A DNA stretch of 64,000 nt, taken from assembly GCA_965221695.1 (NCBI GenBank), contig OZ244905.1, positions 3,168,001 through 3,232,000 on the forward strand, read 5' to 3'. The notes beneath the pieces are model-generated. The model was not told the DNA's origin. It made no database searches and saw nothing but the letters and a program-made list of their open reading frames with translations. A program made the position numbers and the translations under genes. The stretch comes from Gammaproteobacteria bacterium. Lineage in GTDB: Bacteria; Pseudomonadota; Gammaproteobacteria; Eutrophobiales; Eutrophobiaceae. Below, piece by piece: positions 18,952 through 27,901 of the stretch (position 1 is the stretch's first letter; every line of letters begins with the position of its first letter).

Positions 18952-19761
18952 TTATCCTGCATATAATAGTATTTCTCCCCGGTTCATCTCAACACTGTCG
19001 CCGCAATAGCGTTTGTACGAACCCTGCAGGTATTCTTCGGCGCTTGCGAATACCCGGGACAGGCGCAACAGGTACAGCGTCATGTAGCCCGGCCGGTAAG
19101 TGCATGAATAGCTGAACGTGGGCAGTAACGGCGCATCTTTCATACTGATGATGGAACCCCGTTTCATCCCTGCGCCGGTGCGGATGCCGAGTTCCCCGAA
19201 TACGAAAATACTGCCGGAGAGCATGTTGACGCCGGTGAAGTCGCCGCTGTTGCCGGCGACGGCGATTAGCCCGTTACGCATTGCGTTGCCGGTCTCGTTG
19301 CGAACATTGCCGTGAATGATGATTTCCCCGCCGGTCATTCCCATGCTTGCGCCCCGGTAAGCGCTGCCGACCAGGTGACCGGCATTGCCGCGGATTTCAA
19401 TTCTTCCTCCGGACATCTCCGGCCCGACCCAGTCGGCGGCATTGCCGTCGATGAGGATTTCGCCGCCGCTCATGGCAGCGCCCAGGTGTTCGCCGACATC
19501 GCCTTCGACCCGGATCGTCCCCTGTGACATGCCGGCGCCGATGAATTTCGCCCGCTCCAGGTGATCACCTTGCAGTTCAATGGTTCCGTCATAGCTGCCG
19601 GCAACATTGAAAAAATCGCCGATTACCCGGCGTTCGCTGCCGTGCATCACCACCAGTTTCTCCACGCCCGCCGCATCCTGGCCGATAAGCCGGGCAGGAG
19701 TGATGTTGTCTGCCTCTATGGGCACATCCGGCGCGGCAACCTGTTTCAGTATTAAGGGCAT
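18952..19761 (-). CDS. fwdC: Formylmethanofuran dehydrogenase subunit C (second set)
   Basis: PIEADNITP, beta-helix GxxMxGG repeats, GSAYRG, GAGMKRGS. Confidence 0.88.
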   Translation of the reverse strand: MPLILKQVAAPDVPIEADNITPARLIGQDAAGVEKLVVMHGSERRVIGDFFNVAGSYDGTIELQGDHLERAKFIGAGMSQGTIRVEGDVGEHLGAAMSGGEILIDGNAADWVGPEMSGGRIEIRGNAGHLVGSAYRGASMGMTGGEIIIHGNVRNETGNAMRNGLIAVAGNSGDFTGVNMLSGSIFVFGELGIRTGAGMKRGSIISMKDAPLLPTFSYSCTYRPGYMTLYLLRLSRVFASAEEYLQGSYKRYCGDSVEMNRGEILLYAG

Positions 19762-19842
19762 GTCAGAAATCCGTACGAGGCACTAAGTAACTTCTGATTA
19801 ACTCAGCGGTTACTACGATACAAGGATGTTTCCCTGATTTCA

Positions 19843-20730
19843 TCATTTCAGGTCAAGGTCATGCAGGTTGATCCTGTATTGTCCGAGATTGCCGCCGTAA
19901 TTTCCCGCGGAGACCTGCCTGATGCCGGGTTTTGCCGCGGCCCGTATCCCTGCGGCCATGGCCAGTCTGACTGCATTCTCGGTGAGGCCGTCGATCACGA
20001 TTTCCAGCGCGCAATTGACATCCGCCGGCAGGCTGCTGCCGGTCACGGCCTTCAACGTCGGACAGTAGGCGTCGTTGGTGGATGCGGGCAGGGTCTTGTA
20101 GCGTGATCCCACCTTGCTGCCGCTGCGCACGACGCCATTGGGAAACGGCAGGATGATATCGCTGATGGTCCCCATCGCCCGGGTTGCGGCGCCGGCCGCG
20201 GCCAGGGTTTTCTTCTCGTTCGTGCCCAGTATGATGATATTGCCGCCGCCCACCGATTTCTGCACGGCGAACGATTCTTCCACGGTGAATTCACCGTCCA
20301 TGACCGGGATGCGCCAGAAACGCCGCTCCCCCAGCTTCTTGCTGCCCTGGAAGCCGTCGCCGAAATAACGCAGTTGGGAACCGACCTGGACCGTTTCGCC
20401 GGCATCAAGGCCATTGAAACAGGCCGTTGTCGGGCAGGTCATCACGCATTGGCCGATGCGCTCCACCAGGCGTTTCCCTACCGATGCCTTGTCCATCGCG
20501 AATAACAGGATGCTGGCGCCGGGACGGCGGTCCGGCGTCTCATCCGCGGACAGAAATCGTTCAATGCCGGCCTCGCACTTGCAGCCGATCACCGATGTCG
20601 CAAAGCCGGTCATCGATCGCGCCGCAGCCTCGCTCCATTGCCGGGTGGCTGCGGTGACGATCACCCGCGCCCCCCACATGCTGAATGCCTCGGCAAAGGT
20701 ATCGACGATTTCCGTGGATTTTATCTTCAT
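19843..20730 (-). CDS. ftr: Formylmethanofuran--H4MPT formyltransferase (second copy)
   Basis: IVDTFAEAF, GFATSVIGCKCEAGIE, RIGQCVMTCPTTAC, RSGSKVGS, SAGNYGGNLG. Confidence 0.92.
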   Translation of the reverse strand: MKIKSTEIVDTFAEAFSMWGARVIVTAATRQWSEAAARSMTGFATSVIGCKCEAGIERFLSADETPDRRPGASILLFAMDKASVGKRLVERIGQCVMTCPTTACFNGLDAGETVQVGSQLRYFGDGFQGSKKLGERRFWRIPVMDGEFTVEESFAVQKSVGGGNIIILGTNEKKTLAAAGAATRAMGTISDIILPFPNGVVRSGSKVGSRYKTLPASTNDAYCPTLKAVTGSSLPADVNCALEIVIDGLTENAVRLAMAAGIRAAAKPGIRQVSAGNYGGNLGQYRINLHDLDLK

Positions 20731-22364
20731 ACCGTGGCGACCACTTCGTGATCATGCAGGTAGCTGTCATCGACTGCATAATTGGGGAACTCAATGGAGT
20801 AATAGTTCTCGAAGAACGGTCTTACCGTGGTGATGATGGATTCATCATAGCCAGGTTCGGTGTGCAGGAACTTCCCGTAAAAATCCCGGCAAAATTCATG
20901 GTTATCGATGATCTGGACGCCGGATTTGATCACGTAGCGGGGCGCGTTGAACATCGCTTCCTTGTCGGCCATCTCATCATAGATAGTGATGTCCGCATCG
21001 GCGCCCGGACCCAGGTGGCCCTTGTTGGTCAGGTTCAGGGCGCGCGCCGGACCGGCGCGGGTGATAATCGCTATCTCATTGAGCGTGTATTCACGGTCCA
21101 GCTCATTCAGTATCGTGCCGTTAATGGCCTTCTGGTTCACGCGCTTGATCTCTTCCTTGCGAAATTCCCTGTCCATCAGCAAGCGGATCAGCTTCGGGTA
21201 GCTCAGGAAGGAACCGCCGTTCGGGTGATCCGTGGACAGGACGATGCGCCAGGGGTCTTTTGACAGCAGGAACAGCTCCAGGCCGATGGCCCATTGCAGC
21301 GCATGGACGTAAATATGTTCCTGGTAGCTGAAGGGCATGATGCCGCAGCCGCTTTCACACTCCGTATCGGCGTTTACCCATTTTCCTTTCTTGAAGCCCC
21401 TGAGCATGTAGGCCAGTGGCGCGTCCGCGGTCATGATCGTCGCCTTGCCGAACATGACCTGGCCGACATCACAGGAGATATTCGGATGGTCATTGATGTA
21501 TTCGGCAATTTCCCTGGATGCCGATTTGGGATTCTTACCGAGTTCGCCCGCGTAGCTGTGAAACTGTATGTGGGCCAGGTGCGCGCGCCGGTCACCGGCG
21601 GTTTTCATCGTCTCCAGGGTTGTCTTGTAGTTGCCGCTGTGTCCCAGGTTGTTGCAGTGTATGTGCGGCGGATGGGGCAGGCCCAGCTCATTGACCGTTT
21701 CGACAAACGCATCGATCACCTGTCGCGGGGACACTTCGATGACATCGCTTTCCTCATCTATGTCCTTGACGTTGGAATTCTTCTTGCCTTTCCAGGGCTC
21801 GTCTCCGCCGGGGTTGACCAGCTTGGTCGTATAAGCCTTGGTTGCGTTGACCCACCAGGCAACGGCATGGCGAAATTCCTCTTTGCGCCCTTCCTTGATT
21901 AGCTGCTGCAGGAAGATATTATTGCCCAGCAGCACGTAAAAACCTTTGTCGATGACCGGTGTATCATGCAGTTCCTCGATGGTATGCCTGGCGCCGATAG
22001 GGGTGACGGCCGCCTCCATCGCGGTGGTGTAACCCAGGGTCGCATAGCGGTACCCGGTGGCAAACGTGGAAGGGACGGTGCCGCCCGCGCCCGAGCGGGT
22101 GTGTTCCGTTCCGGGATGCGGGTCGCGGCGGTGATCTTCGGGTTGCAGCTTCCTGGCCAGGTTTACCTTGGGGCCGGCGATGTGGCAGTGGATGTCCACG
22201 CCGCCGGGCATGACGACCATGCCGCTTACGTCAATTTTTCTGGGTGTGGAGGAGGGTGTTTCCACCATGCGTCCCTGTTCCAGGTAGAGGTCTCTTATTT
22301 CCCCGTCAATACCGTTTGCCGGGTCATACACCTTGCCCCCCGCAAGTAGAATGCAATCCGTCAT
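20727..22364 (-). CDS. fwdA: Formylmethanofuran dehydrogenase subunit A (second set)
   Basis: PGGVDIHCHIAGPKVN, KLVNPGG, HIHCNNLG, HIQFHSY, LSTDHPNGG. Confidence 0.92.
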   Translation of the reverse strand: MTDCILLAGGKVYDPANGIDGEIRDLYLEQGRMVETPSSTPRKIDVSGMVVMPGGVDIHCHIAGPKVNLARKLQPEDHRRDPHPGTEHTRSGAGGTVPSTFATGYRYATLGYTTAMEAAVTPIGARHTIEELHDTPVIDKGFYVLLGNNIFLQQLIKEGRKEEFRHAVAWWVNATKAYTTKLVNPGGDEPWKGKKNSNVKDIDEESDVIEVSPRQVIDAFVETVNELGLPHPPHIHCNNLGHSGNYKTTLETMKTAGDRRAHLAHIQFHSYAGELGKNPKSASREIAEYINDHPNISCDVGQVMFGKATIMTADAPLAYMLRGFKKGKWVNADTECESGCGIMPFSYQEHIYVHALQWAIGLELFLLSKDPWRIVLSTDHPNGGSFLSYPKLIRLLMDREFRKEEIKRVNQKAINGTILNELDREYTLNEIAIITRAGPARALNLTNKGHLGPGADADITIYDEMADKEAMFNAPRYVIKSGVQIIDNHEFCRDFYGKFLHTEPGYDESIITTVRPFFENYYSIEFPNYAVDDSYLHDHEVVATV

Positions 22365-22403
22365 TATTATCTGCCTTCCATCAACTATTTCAGCCTGCGC
22401 CGG

Positions 22404-23768
22404 TTACTGCATCGGCGCGGCAGCGCGCGCAACGCCACTTGCCCCGCCGGCCTGGCCGCGGGCCAGAACCAACTCGCGCACGCGTTTTCTGATCGCGGTC
22501 AGTATTTCCTCATCGGTGGGAAAAGGTGAATCGAAGGCCTTGCGCAACGTGATCGGCACATCGTCCATCCGGTATACGGTGCCGGCAGTATTGATGCCGT
22601 AGGTGCTGGTCCGGAATGCCACGTGCGCCAGCTTGCTGGTGTGGGTTGCCTTGGTATCCAGGCATATGACCGGGATCTTTGCCAGGTGGTCGATAGCCGC
22701 CTGGGGGAAATTGGATGCAGGGTCCGTGGCGATGATCAGCGCGGCATCAACATCCCGCTTCGACAGCAAGTCCACGGTGGTGAATTCTCCCGGGTTGAAA
22801 CGGGGGAAGCCGCGGCTGAAGTTGACACCGAACGGATAGCCGGTCTGCCAGGACATCACGTTGTCGGCCCCGGTGACGTTGCCGTGGCCACGTACCGGCT
22901 TGGCGACGAAATGGGTGTATTCATTCAGGTCCGTGGCCAGCGCAAGCAGCGCGCCCGAATTGAAATGCCGGCCCCGGGTCATGGTCAGGCCCATGCCGAA
23001 AAACAATACGCCGTAACGGCAGTTTTTCATTCGGTCCACCAGCTCCTCCATGGTTTCCAGGCTGACACCGGTCTGTTCTTCTATATCCGGGTCTATCTTG
23101 CGGTTCTTCACCAGCGCCCGCAACGCCCACAGCACTTCAAAGTCTTTTCCCGGCTTTACCTGGATAAACTGGCTGGCCGCCGGCGCGCTGGGAGTCCTGC
23201 GCACATCCACCAGGACCACGTGGCGATCTTTTTTGCCCCTTGGGGTGAACATCCCCTTGGCGGTGACCGCATAGCGGCCGAAGTGGCGCGGGTGCGACTC
23301 GGCAGGATTGCCGCCCCAGTAAATGACCAGGTCGGCGCGGTTCTTCACTTCACCTAAAGTCATCGTGCTTTCGCCGACTCCCTGGAGCGCGATGCCGGAC
23401 GGACCATGGCAGACCGAAGTCGTGGTGTCGATGTTTCCCCTGATGGTATCGGTAATGGCGACAGCCTGGCGCTGCGCCTCGCAGGTCGTGTCGCTGAGAC
23501 CGTAGGTAATCGGGAACCTGGCATTGACCAGGGTCCTGGCCGCTTCTTCCACTGCCTCTTCCACGGCGACAGGCCGGTTATCTATCATCGCGGCCGGCGC
23601 GTCTTCTTCGATATAGTGTTCGGCAAACCAGGCCCGGCCCAGGACGCAGGCATTTTTTGCCTTGGTAATCCGTTTTTCATCCATATCCACGGTCAGTATC
23701 ATGTCGTCACAGACACAGCCGCAGAATGTGCAAGTGGCATTTTCTACAACTTTTACGTTTTCACTCAT
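22404..23768 (-). CDS. fwdB: Mo/W-bisPGD formylmethanofuran dehydrogenase subunit B, catalytic motifs intact
   Basis: CTFCGCVCDD..NAC [4Fe-4S] motif, TTSVCHGPS (metal-ligand Cys + His), TLGEVKNRAD, NPAESHPRH, RGHGNVTG, YRMDDVP. Confidence 0.92.
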   Translation of the reverse strand: MSENVKVVENATCTFCGCVCDDMILTVDMDEKRITKAKNACVLGRAWFAEHYIEEDAPAAMIDNRPVAVEEAVEEAARTLVNARFPITYGLSDTTCEAQRQAVAITDTIRGNIDTTTSVCHGPSGIALQGVGESTMTLGEVKNRADLVIYWGGNPAESHPRHFGRYAVTAKGMFTPRGKKDRHVVLVDVRRTPSAPAASQFIQVKPGKDFEVLWALRALVKNRKIDPDIEEQTGVSLETMEELVDRMKNCRYGVLFFGMGLTMTRGRHFNSGALLALATDLNEYTHFVAKPVRGHGNVTGADNVMSWQTGYPFGVNFSRGFPRFNPGEFTTVDLLSKRDVDAALIIATDPASNFPQAAIDHLAKIPVICLDTKATHTSKLAHVAFRTSTYGINTAGTVYRMDDVPITLRKAFDSPFPTDEEILTAIRKRVRELVLARGQAGGASGVARAAAPMQ

Positions 23769-23858
23769 GATTGCTCCTCATGGGGTCAGACCGGCCCGGA
23801 TAGCGCTTTGGCCTACGCAAAATCAAGGTTAAGAAACCTCTGTCGATTATTAAGCATT

Positions 23859-24203
23859 CTAACTGATTTTTTCCACCTGGACAGAAATATGTTTGGACAG
23901 CGGCATGCCACTGCCAGCGGTGTCACTTTCCATCAGGCGGCTGGATGTGGGGCCGTAGGCAATGAAAATCATGCCTTCAGGCAGGTCGCCGGCTTTTTTT
24001 GAGACGCAGGTAACAACAACTTCTCCCACATGGTTTTTCAGCCGCAGTTTATCGCCATTGCTGAAACCGAGGCGAGCCATCTCGTCCGCATTGATTTCAA
24101 CGGTAGAAGTAACCTCCCGGTACTCGTCACCCAGTTTTCCCTTGTTTAGGGAGGTCCCCTGTTTACTGGACCGCCCGGGTATCAATAACATGGTTTCCGG
24201 CAT
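23859..24203 (-). CDS. fwdD: Formylmethanofuran dehydrogenase subunit D (molybdopterin dinucleotide-binding domain)
   Basis: PGRSSKQG, GMIFIAYGP, TAGSGMP..K; first gene of the fwd operon. Confidence 0.88.
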   Translation of the reverse strand: MPETMLLIPGRSSKQGTSLNKGKLGDEYREVTSTVEINADEMARLGFSNGDKLRLKNHVGEVVVTCVSKKAGDLPEGMIFIAYGPTSSRLMESDTAGSGMPLSKHISVQVEKIS

Positions 24204-24545
24204 ATTCAGCTCCGCAAAAGCGCTATGAGAATCGGTAAAGAAGCCTCCGACCAGATCAGAGGCGATGGAAACAACGTGGGATATATGCCGGCGCCATAAT
24301 CCACAACGGTTTCATATCTATAACATTTTTCCCGGGAATCGTCAAATGATTCCCCCGCGCTTGATTCCCCCGCGCTTCTTGGGAAATAAGTAGTTCCCGA
24401 CGCTGTCCATGTGCGTGATGCATGAGGGACACGCACCCCCGAGGAAATAACTGACCGATTTATGGCACTTGCCCCACATAGGTAGTGTCGGGATTCAACC
24501 TTCTGCAATTTTCCTCTGAGGAGATATTCGGGTTAGAATATTTCC

Positions 24546-25544
24546 GTGCTTATGAGGACGATACGAAATGATCATGCCGCTGCTGAAACGGTGAGGGTTG
24601 CTGCGCCGGCGCGGCTGCACCTGGGTTTCCTGGACCTGAACGGCGGCGACGAACGGCGTTTTGGCAGTATCGGTGTCGGTATTACCGGTTTTTCCACCGT
24701 GATCAGCGTCAGCCATAGCGAGCGGTTGGATATCAACGGCGCGCAGGATGAATATATCGCTGCCATTGCGCAAACCGTTCTGGATTGCTTTCACATCACG
24801 TCCGGTGTCAGGATACAGGTTGAAGAACACATTCCCAGGCACCAGGGCCTGGGCTCAGGCACACAGATGGCATTGGCGCTGGGCGCCGCGATAACCCGCC
24901 TGTATGGCATTGATGCCGGTGTTGACGACATCGCGCTGGCAACGGGCAGGGGCAGACGCTCCGGGGTCGGACTGGGTGTGTTCAGACACGGTGGTTTCAT
25001 CCTTGACAGCGGCAGGTCTGAAGGCCGTAGTTTACCGACGGTGGTTTTTCGCCATGCCATACCGGAACCATGGCGGTTTGTCCTGGTTATGGATACCCGG
25101 GACCAGGGGGTCAGTGGAACGGATGAAGTCGACGCGTTCAAATCACTGCCGGATATGGACCCCGGAGTTTGTGCGCAGATTTGTCAGCAGGTGTTGATGC
25201 AGATGTTGCCGGCCATCATTGAACAGGATTGCCGCCGCTTCGGCGCGGCCGCCAGCAGTATTCAGGCCAGTATCGGTGACTATTTCAGCAGCGTGCAGGG
25301 CGGGGCGTATGCCAATGAAAATGTCAGACAGGCGCTGGAACTGTTGCTGGAGCGTGATGCGGCCGGCGCTGGCCAGACCTCCTGGGGGCCGACCGGTTTT
25401 GCCGTGTTCCCGGATGAACAATCAGCGCGCCGGGCAGTGAATGATCTCGCGGCGCAGGATAACGGGTTAAGCTTCGTGCTTGCCGCGGCGGAGAATAACC
25501 CGGCACAGGTCCGCAAATCGCGACAAACAAGCGGGCTGACATAA
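24546..25544 (+). CDS. mptG: Beta-ribofuranosylaminobenzene 5'-phosphate synthase (H4MPT biosynthesis, GHMP family)
   Basis: APARLHLGFLDL, IPRHQGLGSGTQ, GRGRRSGVG, GQTSWGPTGFA; exact start uncertain. Confidence 0.9.
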   Translation: MLMRTIRNDHAAAETVRVAAPARLHLGFLDLNGGDERRFGSIGVGITGFSTVISVSHSERLDINGAQDEYIAAIAQTVLDCFHITSGVRIQVEEHIPRHQGLGSGTQMALALGAAITRLYGIDAGVDDIALATGRGRRSGVGLGVFRHGGFILDSGRSEGRSLPTVVFRHAIPEPWRFVLVMDTRDQGVSGTDEVDAFKSLPDMDPGVCAQICQQVLMQMLPAIIEQDCRRFGAAASSIQASIGDYFSSVQGGAYANENVRQALELLLERDAAGAGQTSWGPTGFAVFPDEQSARRAVNDLAAQDNGLSFVLAAAENNPAQVRKSRQTSGLT

Positions 25545-25624
25545 CAGCCGGGTATTGCTCTGATTGAAGCGACCTTTCCAGCGCGGCAAGTAATACAATC
25601 GGGCGGATTACGATTTTGTTTACC

Positions 25625-25715
25625 TGGCGGAGAGAGAGGGATTCGAACCCTCGATACGCTATTAACGTATACACACTTTCCAGGCGTGCGCCTTAAGCCA
25701 CTCGGCCATCTCTCC
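25625..25715 (-). tRNA. tRNA-Ser (anticodon GGA)
   Basis: Reverse complement GGAGAGATGGCCGAGTGG...CT-GGA-AA...long variable arm...GGTTCGAATCCC...TCTCCGCCA with encoded CCA. Confidence 0.96.
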
Positions 25716-25780
25716 TGATACGTTCTTTTTCCCACGCGCCGGCAACCTTCCTGACACCGGCTGCCCGGTTACTGGCGGCA

Positions 25781-25985
25781 CATCTCTGTACCGTTGGAAC
25801 CTCTGCGACTTAATCAGAGGCTCCTTATATTATTTTACCCTGATTCAGCAGAATAATCCCATCTCCTCGAATCCTGCATTAGCTACGCCGAATAAGGCCC
25901 ACTTAAGGAAGCTCTGACAAGTCCAAGATGGACTTGTCAGAGCGCGCAAAACAAAAATGCAATTTTTGTTTGCTCACAAATGACT
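25781..25985. repeat. Two partial family A copies upstream of tRNA-Ser (25781-25827 and 25903-25985)
   Basis: ggaacctctgcgacttaatcagaggctcc and ttaaggaagctctgacaagtcc..ggacttgtcagagc..acaaaaatgcaatttttgt. Confidence 0.75.
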
Positions 25986-26092
25986 GAAAGCATTTGTTGA
26001 AAAACAGCCTGGCTTCTATACTCTGAACTCATCACAGAGCATGCATAGTGAGAATGTAACATCCCGTTTGTGTTAAACTCGGCTGATTACAA

Positions 26093-26404
26093 TTGAGCGC
26101 CTACGTAAAAATCAATCAATGGGTAAAGCGCGTGCCGGAAGGCAAGGTAGCTACTTACGGTCAAATTGCCAGATTGGCCGGCACATCTGCCAGACAAGTG
26201 GGCTACGCGATGGCCGCGATGCCTGCCGCTACCGAAGTGCCGTGGCACAGGATCATTAACAGCCAGGGGCGCATCAGTTTGCGTGCCGGTGAGGGGCATG
26301 CGCTGCAGCGGATTCTATTGGAGGCCGAAGGTGTTGAATTCTCAATCGATGCCAAAATTGACTTAGCGACCCATCACTGTGACGACGCTGAATTATTGCG
26401 ATGA
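26093..26404 (+). CDS. Alkyltransferase-like (ATL/YbaZ) DNA-damage binding protein
   Basis: VPEGKVATYGQIA, ARQVG, VPWHRII (Trp in place of the catalytic Cys of MGMT), LLEAEGV. Confidence 0.85.
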   Translation: MSAYVKINQWVKRVPEGKVATYGQIARLAGTSARQVGYAMAAMPAATEVPWHRIINSQGRISLRAGEGHALQRILLEAEGVEFSIDAKIDLATHHCDDAELLR

Positions 26405-27201
26405 AAAGACGATTATTTCCGTTGTGCTTCCTGGCCCTGTGCAGCCTGGCCGCAGTCGGCCAGACATCAACCGATAACGGAATTTATCTGAGTGTTGGCG
26501 TGGCCCCGATGTTTTCCGAAGACACCTTGTTTGTCGATGGCGGAAGACCTGACTCCGACCTGCCGCAGCTCTATGGCAGAGCGGATATTTATACGGACAG
26601 CCGCATCAATACGGGTATGATGGCGCATGCCGGCGCGGGCTACCGATTCAACTCGCAGTTACGCGCGCAGGTGGAATTCAACATGAGCCATGGCTTAAGT
26701 CTGTATGGCAATACGAATTACCTGCACGCCGGCGAATCCCAGCCAGCAAGCGCGGAGTTGGACCTGCGCCAATTTTTGCTTTCCGGGTTTTATGATTTCC
26801 CGTCTTTACAACACGCTTCCGGTCTGCGCGTGCGACCTTACCTTGGCGCCGGCATAGGCGTCAGCGACTATGACCTCAAAAATTTTGTACAAACATTCCC
26901 GGCCCTGCAGCAGGGCGCTGACGGCGGTATCGCGCTGACTCGTCTTCCCGATGGTGACGGGCAGGAATTTGTCTATATGCTTTCTGCCGGTATAGTGGTC
27001 CCGTTAACGCCGCGCGCAGAACTTGACCTGGGTTATCGCTATACGGATATGGGAGAAATAAAAACCGATGTTGGCGCCATTACTATCGAACGCTACAGAC
27101 AGGATGGTAGCCGCCGCCCGGACTTTTCAGTCAGCATAGACGAGACGTTGGCCGAGTTGAAAACCCACGCAGTACTGGTCTCATTCAGACTCCAATTCTA
27201 A
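26401..27201 (+). CDS. Outer membrane beta-barrel protein (opacity/OmpA-like)
   Basis: Signal peptide, GAGYRFN..LR, PYLGAGIG, LDLGYRYTDMG, C-terminal Phe. Confidence 0.8.
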   Translation: MKRRLFPLCFLALCSLAAVGQTSTDNGIYLSVGVAPMFSEDTLFVDGGRPDSDLPQLYGRADIYTDSRINTGMMAHAGAGYRFNSQLRAQVEFNMSHGLSLYGNTNYLHAGESQPASAELDLRQFLLSGFYDFPSLQHASGLRVRPYLGAGIGVSDYDLKNFVQTFPALQQGADGGIALTRLPDGDGQEFVYMLSAGIVVPLTPRAELDLGYRYTDMGEIKTDVGAITIERYRQDGSRRPDFSVSIDETLAELKTHAVLVSFRLQF

Positions 27202-27229
27202 GGAACCTCTGACTTAATCAGAGGTTCCC
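27199..27229. repeat. Minimal family A palindrome at the stop codon of the beta-barrel gene
   Basis: taaggaacctctgacttaatcagaggttccc. Confidence 0.8.
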
Positions 27230-27231
27230 TA

Positions 27232-27620
27232 ACCCGAATATCTCACCAATTCGCTTGTTAGCATCAGATAGATGTTTGCTGTCAATGAGTTATGGTAATC
27301 TGTCGAGTATGTTGCCATTACACACTGCGCTTGATGCGCCCTCACTGGTCTTTTTTGCGTTAGCGGGCACATGTTCATTGCACACATCCCTGTGTGCAAC
27401 CCTGCGGGCGGCCTTCGCCGTGCAAATCGGCTGTCCTGCCGATTTGTCCCTCAACCAGAAGAACCACTATGCTTTCGGTCACGAGCGCCCGCGTACTGAC
27501 ACACAAATCCGCCTGGAGCGGATTTGGACATCCGAAGGATGCCCGAAGGGGGTGCCCCACGGATGGGGCGCATCAAAAAATCCTCAGCGATCATCGCATC
27601 AATTGGTGAGATATTCGGGC
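27232..27620. mobile_element. Family B non-autonomous element, 389 bp, 20-bp terminal inverted repeats, TA flanks
   Basis: ACCCGAATATCTCACCAATT ... AATTGGTGAGATATTCGGGC (19/20 match); no transposase inside; related ends at 18819, 24521 and 59290. Confidence 0.8.
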
Positions 27621-27901
27621 TAAATGGTCAAGCCAGGAGAAGCCGCCATCAAGCGATGAAACCAATCGCTTTCAAACCAGCTTACTGATATACTGCGGTC
27701 ATGACACCAGTAACTTATAAGACTTTCGCGACCGGAATTGCGCTGGCTGCAGGGCCTTCCGCGTTGTAATCCGACGCAGCCCGCCACTTCCAACCGCCAA
27801 GACCAGGCAGCCTGACAGCGCCCGTTCCACATCAAACCCGGGATAGAATTAACTAGAGGTTTCTTAACGCTATGAATACGAATTTTGCGACTGCGAGGGA
27901 C

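Noticed and set aside
25625-25715. tRNA-Ser as integration site of a genomic island
   Set aside because: No integrase in the window, and I found no duplicated tRNA 3' end.
27255-27623. 122-aa ORF as a transposase
   Set aside because: Lies wholly within the family B element, has no DDE or HUH motifs, and its composition reflects the hairpins.
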